Of a DNA stretch of 52,769 bases, positions 47,177 through 52,769 are shown piece by piece. The position numbers and the translations under genes are program-made. This stretch comes from Candidatus Nanopelagicales bacterium (GTDB lineage: Bacteria; Actinomycetota; Actinomycetes; JAHEKZ01). The notes under the pieces are model-generated. The model saw only the letters and a program-made list of their open reading frames with translations, was not told the origin of the DNA and made no database searches. Position 1 is the stretch's first letter. The number at the start of each line of letters is the position of its first letter. Where the stretch lies: the NCBI GenBank assembly GCA_038316135.1, contig JBBQAL010000004.1, positions 1-52,769 of the forward strand. Reading direction: 5' to 3'.

Positions 47177-48118
47177 CTAGCGGTCGCTCGTGGCAGGCGC
47201 CTGTTGGCGCTGTAGCCGCAGAAGTGCCCTGACCCGAGACCCACGGACGGCACTGACCTCGGCTCCGCCCACCTCGGCGGCCTGGGCTGCAGCGTGCGCG
47301 AGGTCGAGGGGGGTCGAGCCCAGCTCCGACTCCAGCGACGGCGCGAGTGCGTCGGCGAGGCTCGGCACGATGGCCTCGGCGAAGTGTCGGTAGCCCGTTG
47401 CTGATGGGTGGAACTGGTCGGGACCAAACATGGTGTCGGGGTGGGCGTCGAACTCCGGCCCGAGAAGGTCAGCCAGCGCAACGCTGCGGGCTCCCGCCGA
47501 AACCGCAGCCACTGTTTGGGCGGCTGCCAGCGATCTGCTCCAGCGTCGAGCGACCCACCGCAGGGGGTGGGGAATCGGGCGGATGGTTCCGAGGTCGGGG
47601 CAGGTGGCTACGACCACCTTGACGCCGTTGGCGTGCAGTCGTTCGATCGCCGCCGTGAGCAGAGCGACTGAGCTTCCAGGTGGTACCCGGTGCGTGACGT
47701 CGTTGGCGCCGACGGCGATCACCGCGATGTCGGGCCAGTGTGGCTCGATCTGGTCGATTTGTTTTTGAAGGTCGCCGCTCTGCGCGCCAACCACTGCGAA
47801 GCATCGCAACTGCACTTCGCGACCGAGCTCGGCCGCAAGCCCCGCGGCGATGACGGCGGCTGTGGTCTCTTCGGGGCGCTCCACCCCGAATCCAGCAGCG
47901 CCGGAGTCGCCGAGAACGGCGAGCGAGACAGGCACTCCGCCGGTGCCGTAGGCCCCATCGGCGATCGGTGGCGTCGTCAGCGGCTCACCGATCCGGTGTC
48001 TGGCGAGACGCGACTGGCCGAGGAGCACTCCGTAGATCGCTCCGCCTGCTCCGACCAGTCCGGCGCCTCCGACGGCGGCGGCGGAGGCGATCGCTCGTGC
48101 TCGACTGGCTCGACTCAC
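47177..48118 (-). CDS. SGNH/GDSL hydrolase family protein
   Basis: LGDSGAAG (block I), GAQS, VGANDVTH (block III), DQFHPS (block V). RBS GGAGG. Confidence 0.92.
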   Translation of the reverse strand: MSRASRARAIASAAAVGGAGLVGAGGAIYGVLLGQSRLARHRIGEPLTTPPIADGAYGTGGVPVSLAVLGDSGAAGFGVERPEETTAAVIAAGLAAELGREVQLRCFAVVGAQSGDLQKQIDQIEPHWPDIAVIAVGANDVTHRVPPGSSVALLTAAIERLHANGVKVVVATCPDLGTIRPIPHPLRWVARRWSRSLAAAQTVAAVSAGARSVALADLLGPEFDAHPDTMFGPDQFHPSATGYRHFAEAIVPSLADALAPSLESELGSTPLDLAHAAAQAAEVGGAEVSAVRGSRVRALLRLQRQQAPATSDR

Positions 48119-48417
48119 GGCTGTGCCTCCTCTCGCTCGCGCAACTGGCGTCTCGTCGTGGACCCTCTACCGTAGTCGACCGTCCGGTATCGCGGGTTTA
48201 CGTCCGAGGGCCGAGCAGTCTGGGTAGCGTCGGCGGACGGCAGATGCTGAGACATCCACTCCTGAGTCACCAGCAGGGCACCTTGTCCGTGCGACCCGCA
48301 AGCTGGCTGGCCGGTTGTTCATGGCGGCACGCCGGGATGACCAGGAGCGAAGGCGCGAAGCGCCCTCCACGTCGAGCCAGGACTGGTACCAGTAGTCACC
48401 AGTCGTAGGCTGCGGGC

Positions 48418-49785
48418 GTGGAAACCTACGAATCAGTCATTGAGCTCATCGGCAATACCCCGCTCGTGCGGCTCCACAAGGTCACCAACGGCGCCGGTGC
48501 TCCGGTCTACGCCAAGGTCGAGTACTTCAACCCCGGCGGGTCGGTCAAAGACCGAATCGCGCTGCGCATGGTGGATGCCGCTGAGCGCGAAGGCTTGTTG
48601 AAGCCCGGCGGCACGATCGTCGAACCGACGTCCGGCAACACCGGAGTCGGCCTCGCGCTCGTCGCGCAGCAGCGCGGCTACTCATGCATCTTCGTCGTTC
48701 CCGACAAGGTGAGCATGGACAAGATCAATGTGCTGAAAGCCTACGGCGCTGAGGTTGTTGTCTGCCCAACGGCAGTCCCTCCAGACCACCCCGACTCGTA
48801 CTACAACGTCAGTGACCGGTTGGCGCGCGAGACCCCGGGCGCATGGAAGCCGGACCAGTACGCCAACCAGAACAACCCGATGTCGCACTACGAGCAGACC
48901 GGCCCAGAGCTCTGGCGTCAGACCGACGGGCGCATCACGCACTTCGTCGCAGGCGTCGGAACCGGTGGCACGATCACCGGCATCGGGCGCTACCTCAAGG
49001 AGGTCTCGCAGGGTCGGGTGCAGATCGTGGGGGCTGACCCAGAGGGATCGGTCTACTCCGGTGGCACCGGTCGCCCTTACCTCGTCGAAGGTGTCGGTGA
49101 GGACTTTTGGCCGACGACGTATGACCCGGCGCTGGTCGACGAAGTGATCGCGGTCAGCGACGCCGACTCGTTTGCTATGACGCGGCGCCTGGCCCGCGAA
49201 GAGGGCTTGCTGGTCGGCGGCTCCTGCGGGATGGCCGTCGTTGCCGCCATCGGCGTGGCCGAGCGGCTCACCCCGGAGGACATGGTCGTTGTGCTGCTGC
49301 CGGATTCAGGTCGTGGGTACCTGTCGAAGGTGTTCAACGACGAGTGGCTGGCGCAGTATGGGTTCTTGCCCGAGAGGGGTGAGAGCCAGTCAGTCGGCGA
49401 CGTCTTGCGCACCAAGGGTGGTGAACTCCCGACCTTCGTGCACACCCATCCGAACGAGACGCTGGCCGAGGCGATCGAGATCTTGCGTGAGTTCGGCGTC
49501 TCGCAGATGCCGGTCGTCAGGGCCGAGCCTCCCGTGATGGCCGCGGAGGTAGCCGGGTCGGTGATCGAGCGCGACCTCCTCGATGCGCTGTTCACCGGAC
49601 GCGCCAAGCTCTCCGATCGCGTCGAGGACCAGATGTCGCCGTCCCTTCCCAGCGTTGGGGCTGGCGAACCGGCGTCAGCCGCAGTGGCGGCCCTAGAGAA
49701 GGCCGACGCAGTCGTCGTCCTCGAGGACGGCAAGCCCATCGGGGTACTCACACGGCAGGACCTGCTCGGTTTCCTCGCCACCTAG
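48418..49785 (+). CDS. cbs: Cystathionine beta-synthase with C-terminal CBS domains
   Basis: KVEYFNPGGSVKDR, EPTSGNTG, GVGTGGTITG, VEGVGED, PDSGRGYLSK and a CBS pair. Confidence 0.96.
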   Translation: METYESVIELIGNTPLVRLHKVTNGAGAPVYAKVEYFNPGGSVKDRIALRMVDAAEREGLLKPGGTIVEPTSGNTGVGLALVAQQRGYSCIFVVPDKVSMDKINVLKAYGAEVVVCPTAVPPDHPDSYYNVSDRLARETPGAWKPDQYANQNNPMSHYEQTGPELWRQTDGRITHFVAGVGTGGTITGIGRYLKEVSQGRVQIVGADPEGSVYSGGTGRPYLVEGVGEDFWPTTYDPALVDEVIAVSDADSFAMTRRLAREEGLLVGGSCGMAVVAAIGVAERLTPEDMVVVLLPDSGRGYLSKVFNDEWLAQYGFLPERGESQSVGDVLRTKGGELPTFVHTHPNETLAEAIEILREFGVSQMPVVRAEPPVMAAEVAGSVIERDLLDALFTGRAKLSDRVEDQMSPSLPSVGAGEPASAAVAALEKADAVVVLEDGKPIGVLTRQDLLGFLAT

Positions 49786-49988
49786 AAGTCGATCCCTTTC
49801 AGGTTGGGGTCGTTGACTGGGGTTGTATCCCAGCCGGTTCTATGGGTCCCTACGCACCTGATCGCTGGACGGGTACTTACGCCACGTGCTGCTGGCATCG
49901 AGCGTGGAGACTTGGTGGGCTCTGGAGCCATGAACTCTCCACACCCGGCGGATTAAAGCGTCCTGGTGGGCTCCGCGCACCTTCAGCG

Positions 49989-50095
49989 TCAAGCGGGGTA
50001 GGCGACCCCGGCGGTGGCGTGGCAGTCGTAGCCGTTCGGAACCTTCGCCAAGTACTGCCGGTGGCAGAAGCAGTCGCTATCCACAAGAACTCAGG
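49989..50095 (-). pseudogene. Displaced, degenerate copy of the msrA 3' end
   Basis: Encodes ...[24 protein letters not shown]. 49996-50030 is identical to 50614-50648, and the upstream part is frameshifted. Confidence 0.85.
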
Positions 50096-50102
50096 AGAGT
50101 TG

Positions 50103-50513
50103 CTAGCGGGAATCGCACGCCGCGATGGCCCGAGTGATACGTGCCTGCTGTTTCGAAGTCAGTGGTTTGCCCTGCCATACGAACTCACCGCGGTTGTTTT
50201 CGACCGGTTCGTAGGCCGCGCTCAGATACGCGTACACCCCCTGCTTTCCGATAACGACCACGGAGGTCGGGGACACCTCGGACTCGGCTGTACTGGAAAG
50301 TTCGACGGCACCGTTGAACGCGAGGCCCATATCTCGGGCATGGTCGAAGGCTGCTCTGTCACCTGTGGGATACGACTCGGCCATGAGGTCCAATCCTGCG
50401 CAGCCTTGAGCAATCGCGTCATCGAGCTCGCTCGAGCAGGCGGACAGGATCAGGACGATGAAGATGCCGATAGAAACGGCGACGGCGGGTGGCCGCGACC
50501 TACCAACACTCAT
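50103..50513 (-). CDS. Small hypothetical lipoprotein
   Basis: MSVGRSRPP + hydrophobic segment + lipobox LSA-C; two further Cys in the mature part; no recognised domain. Confidence 0.6.
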   Translation of the reverse strand: MSVGRSRPPAVAVSIGIFIVLILSACSSELDDAIAQGCAGLDLMAESYPTGDRAAFDHARDMGLAFNGAVELSSTAESEVSPTSVVVIGKQGVYAYLSAAYEPVENNRGEFVWQGKPLTSKQQARITRAIAACDSR

Positions 50514-50606
50514 GTCCAATATTCTCGCACTCGATCTGATGCCAAGTGCCCGCTCGGCGGGCTGAGGCGTCAACCAACTGCGCCCTCGGCGGGCTAGGCG
50601 GACTGT

Positions 50607-51245
50607 TCAGACTGGGTAGGCGACCCCGGCGGTGGCGTGGCAGTCGTATCCGTTCGGCACCTTCGCAAGGTACTGCTGGTGCGGCTCCTCGGCGTAGAAA
50701 AACTCGGGCGCCGGCAGCATCTCGGTCGTGATGGAACCGAGGCCGACCTTGGTCAGGGCCCCTTGGTAGACGTCGCGGGACGCTTCTGCCGCGGTTCGCT
50801 GGTCCTCGCTCGTCCAGTAGAGCGCTGAGCGGTACTGAGAGCCTAGATCGTTGCCCTGCCGGAAGCCTTGGGTCGGGTCGTGGGTCTCCCAGAACATCTT
50901 GAGTAGCTCGGAGTACGAGACCACGGCCGGGTCGTAGACGACGCGGACGGCCTCGGTGTGTCCGGTCCTTCCGGTGCAGGTTTCGTCATAGGTGGGATTC
51001 GGGGTGATCCCGCCCTGGTAGCCGACCGCGGTGGTGTAGACGCCGGGTAACTGCCAGAAGCGTCGCTCGGCGCCCCAGAAGCAGCCCATCCCGAAGAAAG
51101 CCTCAGCCATGCCGGTCGGGACCTCGCCGGCGATGGGGGTGCCCAACACCGCGTGCCGCTCGGGAACCAAGAATCCCCGCTGGGGCCGGCCGGGGAGTGC
51201 CTGCTGGGGGGTGGGCAGCGTTGCCGCCGTGCGTGCGAAGAGCAC
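50607..51245 (-). CDS. msrA: Peptide-methionine (S)-S-oxide reductase
   Basis: [57 protein letters not shown]. Confidence 0.97.
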   Translation of the reverse strand: MLFARTAATLPTPQQALPGRPQRGFLVPERHAVLGTPIAGEVPTGMAEAFFGMGCFWGAERRFWQLPGVYTTAVGYQGGITPNPTYDETCTGRTGHTEAVRVVYDPAVVSYSELLKMFWETHDPTQGFRQGNDLGSQYRSALYWTSEDQRTAAEASRDVYQGALTKVGLGSITTEMLPAPEFFYAEEPHQQYLAKVPNGYDCHATAGVAYPV

Positions 51246-51341
51246 CGAGTCCTCCTGTCGTTGACCTGTTTGGCTTAACCATCACCCCCCACCTGCCGAT
51301 TCCCCCCGAGACACATCTCATGGGGGTCACGGAGGGTAACA

Positions 51342-52769
51342 ATGCGGAGCATGCGCCTACCAGCGCTGATGCTGGGCGTCGTGATGCTCTCCTCCGCCGT
51401 TGGCTTGGCCTACCAGGCCACCAGGACCGCTAGCGACGCCGCAAGTGCTCAAAACACTGAACTGCAGACCGCTGCGGCCAACGCCGAGGTACTCCTCACC
51501 GCTCAGTTCGAGCAGGCTGGGGCCATTGGTCTACTGACCGCCCAGGACGACGTGTTCGTGGACTTCTTCAAGGAGCCGGGTAGCACCGAGGCCAAGGTCG
51601 CGGCCGACACCACGACGCGTCAGGGCATCGTCGACCTCCTCGCCTACCAGCAGACCCTCTTTCCAGGATCGATCGCGCGTTCTGGCTACGTCGACACGAA
51701 GAGCGGCCAGGAGATCGCCGAGGTCGTCAATGGTCTTCCGTCACCGCCGATCACTCTTGAAGGCGGAGCCGACCAGAACCTCCCGTTCTTTGCAGATGTC
51801 GCCTCTTTGCCCACCGGGTGGCTCTATCAGTCGAACCCGTACTTCTCCAAGGAGACGAACGAGTGGGTGGTGGCAAACGGCACGACGGTGATGTACGACG
51901 GTGATAAGCGCGGAATGATCTACTTCGAGTTTCGCCTAGATGCGTTGCGAGGACAGATCCTCGCTCGTGACGGAAACGCAGCGATGCGTGCCGTCACCGA
52001 GCGCACTGGGCTGGTAGTGATCGATAGCCGCTCGTCGCAGGTGTCTGCGACCAACTTTGGCCAGACTGACGACCGCACCTTCACCGGTGAGATCCGCAAC
52101 TTCGGGCCATCGGGTCTGACCACGATTGGCGACGAGCGTGTTGCCTATGTGCGGATGGAGCCGTCGAAGACTCTGCAGATCGTCAACGACAATGATTGGT
52201 TCATCACGGCGTCGGAGTCTGTCGTCGTGACTGGCTTGGCTGCTGCCGTCTCGCCCATGCTGATCGCGCTGCTTGCGCTCGGGATTCCCCTGGTCATCTT
52301 TGCCGTCATCTCATACGTGCGGCTCACCCGGAGGAAGCGTCGCGAGGCTCTGGAGACGGGCGCAGAGCGTGACCATCTGAACGCTCGACTGACTGACCTC
52401 TCGGATGCGCTGGATCAAGCGGCAGCCGGAAACCTTGCGGTCAGCCTGCCGGTTGACTTCGATGACGAACGACTTGCGGTTCTTGCCCATTCGTTCGAGA
52501 ACACCTTGGAACGCCTCCGAACGCTGGTTGCGCAGGCGCAGGGTCACGGAGTCCAGCTTGCGCAGGCTGCCGGCCAGATGCGGGCGACTGCCCAGGAGCA
52601 AGCTGGTTCGGCCGGTGAGCAGTCGGCAACCGTGACGGAGACGACGGCGACGATTGAGGAGTTGGCGGCGACGGCGGCTCAGATTGCTGAGACGGCTGGG
52701 TCGGTGGCTCGGGTGGCTGCTGAGACTTTGGTGTTGACCGATGAGGGTCGGGGTGCGGTGGCTGAGTCG
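51342..52769 (+). CDS. Methyl-accepting chemotaxis protein, partial (runs off the window)
   Basis: RBS GGAGGG then ATG 51342, open to the end. TM1, extracytoplasmic sensor domain, TM2 (~52250-52320), HAMP (AAAGNLAVSLP...LAHSFENTLERL), then EQSATVTETTATIEELAATAAQIAE of the signalling domain. Absent from the ORF track because there is no stop in the window. Confidence 0.88.
   Translation, partial: MRSMRLPALMLGVVMLSSAVGLAYQATRTASDAASAQNTELQTAAANAEVLLTAQFEQAGAIGLLTAQDDVFVDFFKEPGSTEAKVAADTTTRQGIVDLLAYQQTLFPGSIARSGYVDTKSGQEIAEVVNGLPSPPITLEGGADQNLPFFADVASLPTGWLYQSNPYFSKETNEWVVANGTTVMYDGDKRGMIYFEFRLDALRGQILARDGNAAMRAVTERTGLVVIDSRSSQVSATNFGQTDDRTFTGEIRNFGPSGLTTIGDERVAYVRMEPSKTLQIVNDNDWFITASESVVVTGLAAAVSPMLIALLALGIPLVIFAVISYVRLTRRKRREALETGAERDHLNARLTDLSDALDQAAAGNLAVSLPVDFDDERLAVLAHSFENTLERLRTLVAQAQGHGVQLAQAAGQMRATAQEQAGSAGEQSATVTETTATIEELAATAAQIAETAGSVARVAAETLVLTDEGRGAVAES

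Noticed and set aside
48240-48365. Faint resemblance to a SAM-IV riboswitch upstream of cbs (CCGGGATGACCAGG)
   Set aside because: The GGCAACC core is absent, and a -10 hexamer 6 nt before the cbs start suggests a leaderless mRNA.
49904-49973. Hairpin GTGGAGA...TCTCCAC and a 10-bp direct repeat TGGTGGGCTC
   Set aside because: Adequately explained as a terminator region between convergent units; the repeat is short enough to be chance.
49877-50086. 69-aa minus-strand ORF
   Set aside because: An alternative frame over the displaced msrA fragment, not an independent gene.

Overview
High-GC actinobacterial chromosome segment. The conserved backbone is metG-tatD-rpfB-rsmA-ispE ... tetR/desaturase-tRNA-Gln-glmU-prs-rplY-pth ... 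mfd-mazG-eno-divIC-DUF501-ppx ... ndh-tRNA-Leu(TAA)-YccA ... cbs-msrA. The main accessory region is a ~15 kb locus between pth and mfd (18428-33592) that looks like a Wzx/Wzy pathway for a sulfated, possibly also phosphorylated, surface polysaccharide. It encodes a catalytically degenerate Wzc-like co-polymerase, a Wzy-like protein, an APH-fold kinase, an HS3ST/NDST-like sulfotransferase, a flippase, an Alg14-like subunit, an in-frame Alg13-like GT::CHST-like sulfotransferase fusion, a GT2, a GT14 and a 1 kaa-scale secreted propeller/PKD protein. Two paralogous secreted CBM+GH26-like hydrolases bracket rplY-pth. Other notable items are a tryptophanase-fetAB insertion after metG, a tandem TACG-N4-CGTA operator array before the desaturase-TetR operon, a pth gene with no canonical start codon, a duplicated msrA 3' end flanking an orphan lipoprotein, and mirror-image extreme codon skews at the two window ends (a DUF222/HNH fragment and an MCP signalling domain). 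All calls come from motif recognition by eye; no database searches were run. Start codons are my best estimates and often differ from the ORF track.
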